A DNA stretch of 64,000 nt, taken from Phoronis australis. Taxonomy: Eukaryota; Animalia; Phoronida. Location: the NCBI GenBank assembly GCA_002633005.1, contig NMRA01000059.1:299883-363882 (forward strand). Reading direction: 5' to 3'. The translations under genes were made by a program, and so were the position numbers. This document shows, one piece after another, positions 38,702-51,732 of this stretch; the stretch's first letter is position 1; each line of letters opens with the position of its first letter. The notes under the pieces were generated by a model. It saw only the letters and a program-made list of their open reading frames with translations. It was not told the DNA's origin and made no database searches.

Positions 38702-40024
38702 TTTTTATGCGCCCACATATTTATATGTGGATGCATTATGCCATCATTTCCGTCCGTCCGTCCGTCCATCCGTCCGTCTGGTGTCCGGCATCCGCTGCTC
38801 TATCTCCAAAACGCCTTGACATATGTTCATGAAATTTTGCATATGTGTTCCCAATGTGGATGGGACGGCATGAGCGAGCTTTCAAAGGGATCCGACTATG
38901 GGTGTGCCCCCTAGTGGCAATTTTAGTTTTTTACGTTTACCTCTGTATCTTCAAAAGTCCTCAACGGATTTTCATAAAATTCGATATGTTGGCACGTATT
39001 AGTGAGGTGACGTTGTTCTCTCATTTTCGGATGGATGCGACGTAGTTTGCGCCACCTAGTGGCCATTTTTACTGTTTTCGAGTCTGTTTTTTGCATCCAC
39101 CCCTCTGTCAACCAAACCGCTCGAAGAATGGTTATGAAAATTGGCATGTACGTTCATACTGTGAAGTGGACGGCTGATGATGATTTTCTGATGAGTTCAA
39201 CTACAGTGGCACCTCCTAGTCGCAGTTTTGTTTATTTTGCGCCTATGCCTGTATCTCCTAAACCGTTCGCAGGATCTTTACTAAATTTAGAGAGTGTATT
39301 CATATGATGTAGGCAATGAACCACAACAACTTTCGGATGGATCTGCCTGCTGGTGTGCCCCCTAGTGGCAATTTCATTTTTTTTACGTTTAACTGTATAT
39401 GTTCAAAGGTCCTCAACAGATTTTCATAAAATTTTGAGTATAGGCATCTATTGGTGAGGTGACGCTATCCTCCTGTTTTTGGATGGAATCGAGGTATTTT
39501 GCACCACCTGGTGGCCATTTTTGCCATTTTCGAATCTTGTTTTTGGCGTCCACCCTTCTATAAACCAAATCATTCTAGGGATGGTTTTAAAAAATGGCAT
39601 ATATTTTCTCAGTGTAAAGGGGACGACGTTTGATGAAGGCGACTGACTACTGTGGCTCTTCCTAGTGGTAGTTTTGTTTTGCTTTTTGCCCATAGCTGTA
39701 TCTCCTAAACTCACTACAGGATCTTTATTAAATTTATTGAGTGTACTTTGTAATGAAGATAACAAAAGATTTCTACTACTTTCAGACGGATCTAACGGAC
39801 ACTGTGCCCCACTTAAGTGGCAATTTCATTTTATTCTGTTTTCCTTTGTTTTTCTGAAGTTTCTTGACACATTTTTATGAAATATGGCATGTTCCATTTT
39901 TTTGATGGATTGTACGTTTTTGCGCCATCTAGTGGCTATTTTTATGATACAAATAAATAACCCTAAAAGCACACCATTTGCGATGCATTCGTGGGCGCAT
40001 TTCAATGCTCTGCATTGCTCTTGT
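38702..40024 (+). mobile_element. HINE-type element, copy 3 (full length)
   Basis: tttttatgcgcccacatatttatatgtggatgc ... (TCCG)n ... gtgggcgcatttcaatgctctgcattgctcttgt. Confidence 0.82.
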
Positions 40025-40434
40025 GAATCAGTTTTGTGTACAATCAGAGCTGCTAGCAAACTACTTTACCTTGAGTTTATACAGAACCGTGGAGGTGGAA
40101 GTTCGTTGCTCACCAGTGACTGCTGGTTAGTAGTATATATGAAAGGGAATTAGACTTATTGCCTGAAATTTATAGTTTACGACTGAGAAGGAAAAAATAG
40201 ATTCCAATTTAATTGTTTTTGGTAAAAAAACAATGCTGACGTTCTGATTATTTTTTGCACAAGATAGAAAAAACAGAAGAGACTGGATTTGTCATGTAAC
40301 TTTCAATTTTTATTTTAAAAGAAAAATCAAGTTTTTCTGTTGTACAATGACCTGAACTACTAGTTGTATGATTTATTGATCCAATTTATTTCATTGAGAA
40401 CTAATCAATGAACCAAGTCAACCTATGTTTGTAG

Positions 40435-40501
40435 GTGGACAAGAAATGGCGAACCTCTTCCAGTTACAGATTTTAACTTTGTTGACATGGAGTCAATCAA
40501 G
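40435..40501 (+). CDS. PhyH-family dioxygenase, exon 6
   Basis: (R)WTRNGEPLPVTDFNFVDMESIK; ttgtag / gtaatt; phase 2/0. Confidence 0.88.
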
Positions 40502-40566
40502 GTAATTGTCCATTTCAATAGATTTCTACAAATAACAATGTCAGTGTAAGTTCTAACATTCTTAGT

Positions 40567-42305
40567 TTTATGCGCCCACATATTTATACGTGGACGCATT
40601 ATGCCGTCATCTCTGTCCGTCCGTCCGGCGTCTGGTGTCCGCTGCTCTATTTCCAAAGCCGATTGATGTATGTTTATGAAATTTTGCACACGTGTTCTTT
40701 TCATGGATGGGACGGCATGAGCGAATTTTTGGATGGATCCGACTACCGGTTTTCCCCCCTATTTACAATTTTAATTTTTTACGTTTAGCTCTGTATCTTC
40801 AAAGGTTCTCAACATATTTTCACAAAATTTGGTATATAGGCATCTATTAATGAGGCGACAATATCCTCCCCTTTTTGGATGGATTGGACGGAGTTTGCGC
40901 CACCTAATGGGCATTTTTACTGTTTTCTAGTCTGTTTTTATCGTCCACCCCTCTTTCAACCAAACTGCTCTAAGCATGATTGTGAAAATTGGCATGTATA
41001 TTTTTACTATGACGAGGACAATTGACGATGATTTTCCGACGACTTCGAATACTGTGGCGCCTCCTAGTGGCAGTTTTGTTTTTTATGCACCTATAGCTAT
41101 ATTTCCTAACCGTTTGCTAGATCTTTACTAAATTTAGTAAGTGCATTGATATCATGATGACAACGGACGACGACGACAAGTTTCGGACAGATCTGACTAT
41201 TGGTGTGCCACCTAATGACAATTTGATTTTTTTGTGTTTACCTCTGTATCTTCAAAGGTCCTCAACATATTTTCATAAAATTTGGTGTACAGGTTTCTGT
41301 TAGTGAGATGACACTATCTTTCTGTTTTCAGATGGATTCGACGTAGTTTTCGCTACCTAGTGGCCATATTTACTGTTTTTGAGTCTAGTTTTTGGGGGTT
41401 CACCCCTCGATCAACCAAACCGCTTTCAGGATAATTGTGAAAACTGGCATATATGTTTTTACTATGAAGTGGACGAGTGACGATGATTTCTGTTGACTTT
41501 GACTACTGTGGCGCCTCCTAGTGGCAGATTCGTTTTTTGCGCCCTGGGTGTATCTCCTAAACCGTTTGCAGGATCTTTACTAAATTTGATAAGTGTGTTT
41601 ATATGATGTTGACAACGGACGAGTGTGCCCCCTGGTGTCAATTTTAGTTTTATGTCTACCTCTGTATCTTCAAAGGTCCTCAACGGATTTTCATAAATTT
41701 TTGAATATAGCATCTATTAGTGAGATGATGCTATCCTCTCATTTTTGGATGGAATCAAGGTATTTTGCACCACCTAGTGGCCATTTTTGCTGTTTTCGAG
41801 TCTGTTTTTTGGCGTCTACCTCTCTATAAACCAAATCATTCTAAGGATGGTTTTGAAAATTGGTGTATGTGTTCTCAGTGTGAAAAGGACGGTTGACGAC
41901 AACTTTGACTACTGTGGCACCTCCTAATGGTAGTTTTGTTTTTTTTTGCGCCCATAGCTGGATCTCCTAAACCCACTGCAGGATCTGTATTAGATTTTAT
42001 TAGTAAGTGTATTTATATGAAGCTAACAACAGACAATGATGACATTCAGGCGTATCCAATGAACAGTGTGCCTCCTAGTGGCAATTTCATTTCAATATGT
42101 TTCTCTGATGTTCCGGTATGGATTTCTATGAAATTTGGTGTATAGCTTTCTATTAAAGAAGCAATGACGTGGTTCTGTTTTCGGATGGATTGTACCTTTT
42201 TGCGCCATCTAGTAGCCATTTTTATGACACAAATAAACAACTCTAAAATCACACCATTTGCGATGCATTCGTGGGCGCATTTCAATGCTCCGCGCTGCTC
42301 TTGTT
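40567..42305 (+). mobile_element. HINE-type element, copy 4 (full length, more internal units)
   Basis: Same termini as copy 3; ends gtgggcgcatttcaatgctccgcgctgctcttgtt. Confidence 0.82.
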
Positions 42306-42605
42306 ATCAGCGCCATGAACTTTTATCTGTACGGTCAACGGAGCCATTTCCAGTGACTTGTTCAATCACCATTTCTTGAAATTCTTCCAGTTAATGTACT
42401 TTACATACTAGTATCGACACATAACACTGTATGCACATGTTTACGCCCAAGTACCATGTGAAGGTGCACTTAAGTTCAGAATTAATTACATGTCCCTGTA
42501 TGTGAAAGGCTTGAGCAACATTTTCTTTGAAAAACATCATTTCAGACATTGGTGCATGGCCCAAAATACGCTCATGTGTGGTAATTTTGTTGTGGATTGT
42601 TTTAG

Positions 42606-42718
42606 ACCATCTTGAATGAAGAGGAGAAGGCTAATTTCAACCCGGTGTCAGCCATGTTGAAAAAAGGCCAAGCCAGCTTTCATCATGGTCTTTCTGTACA
42701 TGGCTCTTATGGGAACAG
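42606..42718 (+). CDS. PhyH-family dioxygenase, exon 7 (distal His ligand)
   Basis: TILNEEEKANFNPVSAMLKKGQASFHHGLSVHGSYGN(R); phase 0/2. Confidence 0.95.
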
Positions 42719-43230
42719 GTAAAGTTGTATACTGGAACTTTTTTACTGTAAATCGGATGCTCCTGAAATTAATTTATCATTTATAATGAAGTTTTCAACA
42801 TATTGTAGTACTTCTTAACTTTGATGTTCAAGTGCAAAAGGGCAACAATTTATACTAGAAGCCTGGATATAATGATTTGTCCTCGGAAACAATTCTCTCA
42901 ACCATTATTGTTTAATACTTGTGTTGTAATAAAAAAGTCAAAACTAAATTACATTTTGTTTGAACATTTTTATGGGTTTATGTGCAAGGGACGAGTAAAA
43001 AGTGCTTACATCAAGAGTGTACATAACATCCATATTTCCCTAACACCTCCACCCATCCCAACGTGTTATGTAAAGGAAGATCAAATTAAAGTGACCATAT
43101 ACTCACCATATACTCACCTGTCAATACAAGGTAAATGGTGATTTCAAATACTACGAAGATACTTTGTAAACTTTTTAAGGTTACTATAATTGTGAATAGC
43201 CCTTATACTGTGCTAATGTTATTCCCTAAG

Positions 43231-43330
43231 GTCCGACAGCCCCAGGCGTGCTACTGTTCTAAACTACTTCATGGATGGTGTCATGTCTGACACGGATGAA
43301 GAAACATTGAAAGGAATAACTATTCCTAAG
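43231..43330 (+). CDS. PhyH-family dioxygenase, exon 8 (2OG-binding Arg)
   Basis: (R)SDSPRRATVLNYFMDGVMSDTDEETLKGITIPK; ccctaag / gtaaga; phase 2/0. Confidence 0.92.
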
Positions 43331-44039
43331 GTAAGATAGTCTTTCTCATGAATGTAAAAGGCAAAGCAAATTTTACAAGTTAAAGCACTTCATGTCAAGA
43401 GCACAGCCTTGCTGGGCTGCACTCATCTCATGCGGTGCTATTTTTATAAAACACCTTTTGTCTCGATTCATGTTTTGGATATAACCTTTCGGCATAGTTA
43501 TTTACTACAAACGAAAAGGTTGGAGTCTGATTGATTGCAATTGATACCTTAAGAAGCTCCATTTTGTCCTGATTAGTAGACTAAAAGGCAAAATCGAACT
43601 AAGGCTTTTACTGACATGCACTTAGATCTTATGTTCATTACCAACATGGAGGATGAACCAACATGGAGGATGAACCAACATGGAGGATGAAACCATCGGC
43701 AACTCAAGAAAATTTTTCAGAGCTTAGTAGAGTTGTCTGACCTTAAAACTGCATACACATTTCCCTTTACTAGAGCTGCCAGGATCATTCAACTATAATT
43801 CAAGATCAGAATATTCTTTTTAAACCCTAAAGGGCTTTGGTTAAGAATTCAACGTAGACAGCAACTGTGAAATGCAGCTTTAATTTAAAGGAATTTGGTT
43901 TTTTGTAATGAAGGTAATCAGCCTCTGCAAATTATCTTTTCGTGCTGTCATGTTTTGCATCGAAAATGGTCTCGACTAATAATGAACTTTAGTACTTTGT
44001 AAGTTCAGAAACCATCTCTCATCTGATACGTTATACAAC

Positions 44040-44288
44040 TTGATATACACTTGCTCATATTGTTCTCTCCATACAATACAGCTTGATATACACTTGCTCA
44101 TACTGTTCTCTCCATACAATACAGCTTGATATACACTTGCTCATACTGTTCTCTCCATACAATACAGCTTGATATACACTTGCTCATACTGTTCTCTCCA
44201 TACAATACAGCTTCATATATACTTGCTCATACTGTTCTCTCCATACAATACAGCTTCATATACACTTGCTTATACTCTCCGTACAATT
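44040..44288. repeat. 43-bp minisatellite, ~6 copies
   Basis: Unit gatatacacttgctcatactgttctctccatacaatacagctt. Confidence 0.93.
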
Positions 44289-44891
44289 TCCGATCTTCAG
44301 TTGTGCAGCGGTATAGCAAATTGTCAATAAAAATAACAAACAAGCTAAAATAGTAACTATATTTTAAGATCACATCTCATCCTCAGACTCATGATAAAAT
44401 GAACGTTGTGGAAGCAAAATAACCCACAAAAGCAAGTAGAAGGACATACAAGCCAAAAGTGTGAATGTAGCCATGTTACATCATCAGACTATATGAGCTG
44501 TGTATGTCAAGCTGTCCAACAGGAAGTAGTCATGTTTTCAATCAAGTTTAAGATATTCATGTGAACAGATATTTAGTGATGGTACTGGAATATTGTTCTT
44601 AGTCGCAGCTGGACAATTGGTAGATTGCATTAAGACAAATGTTTCGAAATACCATAAAACTCGCCACTTGCAGCCATCTGTTTCCAAGATTTTATAGGAA
44701 TTGTCTGAATGCCCAAGTGCCCAAACTGGAATGAACATACTTTGTCCAACACCTTGAAGTTAATCTTGTGTTGAAGTTCTTAAAAATGTTTAGTTGGTGT
44801 GATTTTACAAATGCCACCCACTCAAACGAGCCTCCTTGAAACAGGCCCCCTTGAAACCCTTCTTTGTATATCTCTATTCTTTTTGTTTCAG

Positions 44892-44951
44892 GGAGAGAAG
44901 ATGGGTGGTCAATTCTTTCCTCTTGTCTATGATCCAGCTTGTACCAAGTAA
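44892..44951 (+). CDS. PhyH-family dioxygenase, last exon (total CDS 942 nt, 313 aa with either 3A or 3B)
   Basis: GEKMGGQFFPLVYDPACTK*; tttcag acceptor; AATAAA at 45364. Confidence 0.9.
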   Translation, partial: GEKMGGQFFPLVYDPACTK

Positions 44952-45824
44952 AGTGCCAAAATCAAGCTGCACTTCAAACTACAACTTATAAATGCAGAAT
45001 GGCAGAAATACTAATCAAACAAAGCATGCCATATCACTAAATAGCATGCCATATCACTCATTATTTCTTGAGTGTTTTCAGGCTATGTAGGATACTAGAA
45101 AAATGTTTTCTCTAACTTTGTAACGTTACCATGAATGAACTTTGTTTTTACTAAATTTTCATAAAAAAGCATGGTCAAATGATCTTATTAATGGTAAATT
45201 GGCTTTAAGTCCACAATCATATTTTACCGAGTTTTAGAAAATATGCTTTTTGCTGTCTGGTTAAATTCTAGTTTTGTAGATGTTTGGCTAATGGAAAGTA
45301 ATGTGGAGCAGATGGGGACATATGGGTTGAACACTAAGTTCTCACGTGTTACTTGAAGGAAATAATAAAATTTAATTTTAACCAAAGTTGGTGCCATCTG
45401 CGTATGTTTTTATTAAAGACGAGCATCATCTTTGATTGCAAAAAACATTTTAAACCATCTTTCAAAAGTTGACCAACATTATGTTGCCATTTGGAACAGA
45501 GTGAAGCTGAGAAGAGGACAACAACATGGAGGAAACTGGCCAGTGTTGGACAGATACACTCAAAACTGAGTTGAGACTACAATAAAGGAAGACCTCACTG
45601 TAATCAAATAATGCATAAAATTGTATTTTGTTAACTTACATCTTCTCCAGATATTTTATGTATCTGTTCACAAGTTCATATTTTACAAGACTGATTAATG
45701 AACACACACACAAGCACACCATAACATAAACCTCATCCATTATACAGTGGCACTACTTTGGCAGTGACAGACATTGTGTGGACAGTTTTAAAAAGGAATA
45801 AATGTTTTTGACATTAACTTTCCT

Positions 45825-46650
45825 AACAAGAGCAACGCAGAACATTGAAATGCACCTGTGATTCCACCGCTAATGATGTGCTTCTAGGGATGTTTATTTG
45901 TATCATAAAAATGGCCATTATATGGCAAAGAATACATTGAACCCATCCAAAAATGGGAAGGTGTTGTCATCTTTCAAAACCATTAGCAAATTTTATGAAA
46001 ATCTGTCAAAGAACTGCCACCAGTAGTCTGTGGTAGTCGAATCCATCCATCTGCTGTCAAGTTAATAGGAATACAACTGCAAAAGTTCAAAAACATCTTG
46101 CAAGGGTTTAGAACATACAGCCGTAAATACAAAAATGTCACTAGGGGGCACCACAGTTGTTGGACCCGTTTGAAAATCCATGACAATCATGCTCTTGTCA
46201 GTAGGAACACATCTGCCAATTTGGCAGATACAAAAGTTGACAAAAATAATTAAAATGGTCATTAAAGGAAAGGTACTCTCCTCTTCATAACAGAAACTTG
46301 TTTGCAAATGTGCAGAATAAAATTGCCACAAGGGAGCACTGCTGTAGTTGGATTGGTCTGAAACTCACCGTTTTCTGTAGGCATTGCCATAGGTACAAAA
46401 AGATCTTGCAAAGGGTAAAGGGGATACAGCAATTTGTTAAGGACCTTTGTAGATACAGAGTTAAACGTAAAAAATAAGGTTGCCATTAGGAGGCACACCA
46501 ATACGTCTGAAAGTTCGCTCATGCCGTCCCAGCCATCAGAAGAACATTTGTGCAAAATTTGATCAACATACATCAAAGGGTTTTGGAGCAGTGGACGCTA
46601 GACAAATGACGGACGGACGAACAGGGATGACGGGTGCATACAAATAAAAA
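45825..46650 (-). mobile_element. HINE-type element, copy 5 (older, diverged)
   Basis: aacaagagcaacgcagaacattgaaatgcacc at left; gacggacggacg and gggtgcatacaaa at right. Confidence 0.7.
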
Positions 46651-47073
46651 CCAAATTCCTGCTCATTTCAGAGACAACATTCATGGTCAATTAAAGTTTG
46701 CTCAGCAGCATGTATAAACTACAAATGGATGGACAATAAAGTGATATTGATGGATTAACAGGTGTGTATCTTGTTCACTACTAAAATCACTTCCTGAAGG
46801 AATCGACATTCCACGGCTAGAGTTCTATGCATAAATCAAAAGTGATTGCAGGATGTGGGCCTTGCACATTTCACGTCACTTCTGTATGAACGGTACATAA
46901 TGCTGAAAAATTTCTCTGGGATAACCAGTGGTGGATATGTTTCCATGGCTACACCACTAAACTTCAGTCCCTGAGCAGCAAACCTCAACATCAGGTACAA
47001 ACTTATTTACAGTTTATATTTATGACCATGGCATCACTTTCATAATATCAAAAGGATTCTCCACTTTAAGGAA

Positions 47074-47568
47074 CAGTTGAACCTCGTTGAGGAACAGTCG
47101 AACCTCGTTAACGAACAGTCGAACCTCATTAAAACGTATCGTTTTTAGACCATTTGCATCCGTGTAACGTACAAACTTCCACGTCCCAGTTTTATGTAAT
47201 TTTAGTACTAGGCACAATCGTTCACAATACAACTTCTCAATGATTACATTAATACAACGTTCAAAATTTCTGTCCCTAGTGACCACAAGCTACCTTTAAT
47301 ACGAACATAGGCTGACTTCGCTACCACACAGTCTAAAGAATGTGCATACGCCATTAGGCCACAATCAAATATATTTTGTGTCACTTTTTGAATTGCGTAT
47401 AATGCAAAAAGAATGTTCATGAAGGCCTGTGGCCCAAAAGAGTTTACGATCAAAGACATTCAAGACACAAACGACCTATAAACAAGTCTACCCTGATTGC
47501 ACTGAACTATTGTAATAATGTACAAATTCTAAGTGTCCCTTGATGTACTTTGTAATGAGGTTTGACTG
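47074..47568. mobile_element. Tc1/pogo-type MITE with triplicated left TIR
   Basis: cagt(t/c)gaacctc(g/a)tt x3 (47074-47130) versus aatgaggtttgactg|ta. Confidence 0.6.
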
Positions 47569-47855
47569 TACAAAGGCTCATGTATAAGTCACTCAAATCC
47601 AAGGAAACACAAATAGCTCCTCCAGAAAAACAAATGATGGCTTGTAAATGATTTTGGATGCCAGGAAGTTTATAGCAAAAACTTTAAAAAGTCAACTATA
47701 GGCTATTAAAACATAGAATGTAAATGAAAACATAAACTTAAGACCATAACATGACTTGGGAAGACTAAAAGGATGCAGTTCATTAAATTACAGAGGTAGA
47801 AGAGACAAATTCAGTTCATAATCTCTTTGTAAACTTCTTTAGTGGTTTGACATCA

Positions 47856-47896
47856 TCACTTTTTCTCCATTTTTGACAACTTCTTGTTTTGTGTCC
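47856..47896 (-). CDS. ePHD-finger gene, probable last exon
   Basis: tttttcag acceptor; (G)TQNKKLSKMEKK* in phase 1. Confidence 0.55.
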
Positions 47897-47919
47897 CTGA
47901 AAAAGACAAGTACAACATG

Positions 47920-48108
47920 AATACACATTGTTGCCATAACACGTTGTTCAAAACATTATTGCCATAACATGTTGTTCAATACATTATTGCCATAACACAT
48001 TGTTCAATACATTATTGCCATAACACAATGTTCAATACATTATTACCATAACACATTGTTCAATACATTATTGCCATAACACATTGTTCAAAACATTATT
48101 GCCATAAC
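47920..48108. repeat. 28-bp minisatellite, ~7 copies
   Basis: Unit aatacattattgccataacacattgttc. Confidence 0.92.
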
Positions 48109-48673
48109 GAGTATAAATAAATTGAGCCTAGACAGAAGAAATTTACCCAAATAGACTAAAATAGTCGATTGTAAAATATGGCTGACATCATTAATTTGTA
48201 TGAAAAAAACTGTTTTAAGTGGTGAGTCAAACACGGGACTTGTGTCTGTCTGTGCGTCACAACATTTCTTTCCCATGTAATTACACCATAAATAGTCTGA
48301 AGATTAAAATTCCAAAATATTCAAATCAAATCTAACAATTGAACGTAGTCTCGCCACTTTTCCATCCACGGCAGCTGTGATGTTGCCATGAAAACAAATA
48401 GAACGATGATAGGAAGCAGACAATCTTAAAAGCATTCTGCCAACCTCAACACTTCTGATGACATTTCAGACTCTTTTTACTGACAACGATTGGCCTTCCA
48501 ATTTGGGACAGGAGATTATTTACTGTCGTGTTACGAAAAAGAATTGAAATGGATAAAGTGCAGTTGAGTGATCTGGTTTATACTATGCATATTATTTGGC
48601 ATACATTTACTATGTGAATGAAATACAGTTCATACTGCCTACACATGCACAAGACACTCCTCGAGAGCCTCAC

Positions 48674-48866
48674 CTGACAGAGGTATGTAGACAAGAACAC
48701 AGGTGACTGGGAATTTACTGGGGTCAAATGCGCTCCACATTTCTGTGTGCCTTTTCAAAATATCTGGCACTATGTCAGTGCGCTTGAATGGTTCCCCTTG
48801 TAGGTCCATAACACACAACAGGTCATCATCTTTGTCCAGTTGGTTAGTGACCATGTACTGCAGGGT
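48674..48866 (-). CDS. ePHD-finger gene exon (C-terminal domain)
   Basis: TLQYMVTNQLDKDDDLLCVMDLQGEPF...VLVYIPLS; ctacag / gtgagg; phase 0/1. Confidence 0.75.
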
Positions 48867-48910
48867 CTGTAGATATGGAGTAATAAAGGTAGTAGACAAT
48901 CATGTGAATG

Positions 48911-49062
48911 AACCCTGAATTGTACCCCTGAACCACTGAATTGTACCCCTGAACCCCTGAAATGTACCCCTGAACCCTGAATTGTACCCCTGAACCCTGA
49001 ATTGTACCCCTGAACCCTAAATTGTACCCCTGAACCCTGAATTGTACCCCTGAACCACTGAA
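48911..49062. repeat. ~20-bp minisatellite
   Basis: Unit ccctgaattgtacccctgaa. Confidence 0.92.
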
Positions 49063-50064
49063 TCATTCTTTCAAACAGGACAAAAAATCTTACATAGGAA
49101 CTTCAAAACCAATTGTTCCAAAAAATCAAATGTTATGATTATTTTAATTCAAAAATCCATTGTACACACTGCACACATTATGTATTGTGCCTCATACATA
49201 GGATGTTGGACTTAATACATTATTGGGTAGTTCTGTAGTAGTATCACTAATCAGAGACTTTCCATGCACTCTAGACAACAAACATTTGTCTGAAGAGATT
49301 TTCACGTTTTCTGTTGAACATTTACACCATGGACATACCGGTCAGAGGTGAGCTGGAATATATTGTGAACTCCGTACTATCTATCATTCAAACCTGCATG
49401 CAAAGACTGAGACAACACTTCTAAGTAGTGAATCCACTGATTTTCAAGTGTGACGAGTTCGGAAAATGCATAATTAAGTCAAGTACATTTAACTGGTCAA
49501 AAGATGACTGTAAATAATGGTGGGAATGGGACTGTATACAAAGAGGAGACAAGAAAACAAAACAAGTTGAAGACTAGTGCCTTGAATGGCATGCCAACTG
49601 TCAATGTCTGACATTGATCAAGTTTCTGAAAGCAGTCCCCAGCACACTGTAAGTGACGACACCTACAGGGAAATTGTTAAATTACCACAGCTGGCTTTGC
49701 TCTTGCAGGCACCAAGCAGCCTGTGACGCTCTTTTACCACAATTGTGGTTATTTCTAATATTTTGAATTTTTACCAGCTAACATGGTGAGAGGTGATTTG
49801 TTGATTTGTAGACCATCATCTTTAAATGGAAATCGTGCCTGGTATGCAAACTGAACCATGAAAGGGTTGAGAAGATCAAAATGTAAAACGTTTTACAGGC
49901 CACTATAATGAGGTACAAGCCTTACTTGCAACATTGGTTTGGGTTTTGTTAAATGCCTTTTCTGTAGGTAAACGGCAGTTTGCTCATTTGATGTCACAAA
50001 GTCAAATTGTGATAAGACCACAGACTATAATACAAGGCCAGGTGAGTAATTTGTCCATGCTACT

Positions 50065-50285
50065 TCTTAACTACAAAAGTCCAATATAGTTCGATCTAGC
50101 TAGCTCTTGACTACAAAAATCCAATATGGTCTGATCTAGCTAGCTCTTGACCACAAAACTCCAATACAGTCTATCTAGCAAGTTCTTGACCACAAAACTC
50201 CAATATAGACTGACCTAGCTAGCTTCTGACTACAAAGGTCCAACATAGTTTGATCTGGAAAGCTCTTGACTACAAAAGTCCAACA
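50065..50285. repeat. Degenerate ~40-bp minisatellite
   Basis: gctcttgactacaaaa-tccaatatag...tctagcta units. Confidence 0.8.
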
Positions 50286-50600
50286 TGTTGAAAACCTTTT
50301 TAAGACAAGTAAGCCACATGCTTAACCAACAATGCCATAGATGGTGTGTGGACTAATTTTGACTTAAATTATTAATTTTGATGTGTTGAAATTATCGAGA
50401 TTTTCAGGCTTATTTTCATAACAACAACAACCTTACTTTAATAAGACCAGGCAACTTAAACATGATTTTTACCATCTGCAACACTGTCTCATTCAACATG
50501 CCTGTGGTTGACTGTTTGAATATCAATTTGAGTTGTGATTGTTACCAACAGGATAAGTCTGTTTGATGCTATTATCATGTGATCATGTCAAAGAACTCAC

Positions 50601-50728
50601 CTGTTTGTAATAGTTCTTTTGTTTAACAACAGAGCAATTGATAGGACCCAGGAAAAGAAGCTTAGCAGGCGCACTGACTGTGGAGGTGATGTCTGCCAGG
50701 ATATTAACAATGGACGACTGCCGATCAC
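50601..50728 (-). CDS. ePHD-finger gene exon
   Basis: (G)DRQSSIVNILADITSTVSAPAKLLFLGPINCSVVKQKNYYKQ; caacag / gtgagt; phase 1/0. Confidence 0.78.
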
Positions 50729-50809
50729 CTGTTGCGAAAATGTGTGCATGTGACCAGAAATATCACAGCAAGAGGTGTGGTGACAAATACACCATTCAAA
50801 CCATTTTAA

Positions 50810-51140
50810 AACACACACAGGCATCATTACACCCACAGGAACCACCACACCCACAGGCCCCATCACATCACATACCCCTTTACACCCACAGGCATCATCA
50901 CATGCACTGTCCCCTTCACACCCACAGACTCCTCCACACAGAAAGGTCGCATCCAACCCACAGGCACCATCACACCCATAGGCCCCTTCACACCCACGCA
51001 CCCTTTCACACGTACAAGCCCCTTTACAGCCAAAAGTTGCATCACACCCACCAGCCCCACATCACCCACTGGCCCCATCATACCCACAGGGCCCATCACA
51101 TGCACAGGTCCCTTCACATCCACAGGCCCCTTCACACCCA
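50810..51140. repeat. Degenerate 18-bp minisatellite
   Basis: cacacccacaggcccc(t/a)t units; source of His-rich and Val/Gly-rich spurious ORFs. Confidence 0.85.
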
Positions 51141-51244
51141 TTGACCTACGTATCACATTTTAGTAAATTTAGCACTGTATATCCATTTTCACTCACAAAA
51201 CCTACATTGAAGTCATCAAACCTAAGTCATCATTCTATTCTTAC

Positions 51245-51732
51245 CCTTTAAAACTTCTTCTGACGGCAAGGAAGTCACACAGACTGTCGACCTCTGACGT
51301 ACATGGTCCTCAACTTCACATCTAACAACCTCTGCCTCGGCTCTTCTAAACCACTCCAGGTCAGAGGTCATATAGGCTGAGTGTGCCGAGACAACTGTAT
51401 CATTGTCCCACTCGAAAAGACCACTTCCCTCTCCCCAAGTGAGAAACTGTCGGATCCGTCCATCACAATCCGTCACGTCGTTTAACAAGACAGTCATTAC
51501 AAACACTTGCTCTTCATCTAGACAGTAAAGTGAGGCCAGCTCACCAGCACCACAGTACTCGCGACATGCCTTTTCCAGATTTTGGTCAATCATAGTATGA
51601 ACAGAGTGCACTATCTCTCTTAACTCTGAGGAGTCCTTACGGTTGTTGTAGTCAATCTTGACATTGAATTCTGCAATACTCTTTTGGTCCAGCTGCCGTA
51701 AAAGCTTTGAGAAATGAGAATAGTCCTTCTCC
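51245..51732 (-). CDS. ePHD-finger gene, large exon (488 nt)
   Basis: EKDYSHFSKLLRQLDQKSIAEFNVKIDY...LASLYCLDEEQVFVMTVLL...EEVLK open throughout; tttcag / gtaaga; phase 2/1. Confidence 0.82.

Noticed and set aside
38657-42379. Many 70-105 aa ORFs with KMATRWRK-like peptides
   Set aside because: Translations of the non-coding HINE subunit motif, not a protein family
49386-49393. In-frame TGA as selenocysteine
   Set aside because: No SECIS identified, exon not needed for frame, and its 55-nt length would shift downstream exons
50597-51156. His-rich or Cys/Gly-rich (metallothionein-like) ORFs
   Set aside because: Translations of an 18-bp intronic minisatellite, open in several frames; no splice support
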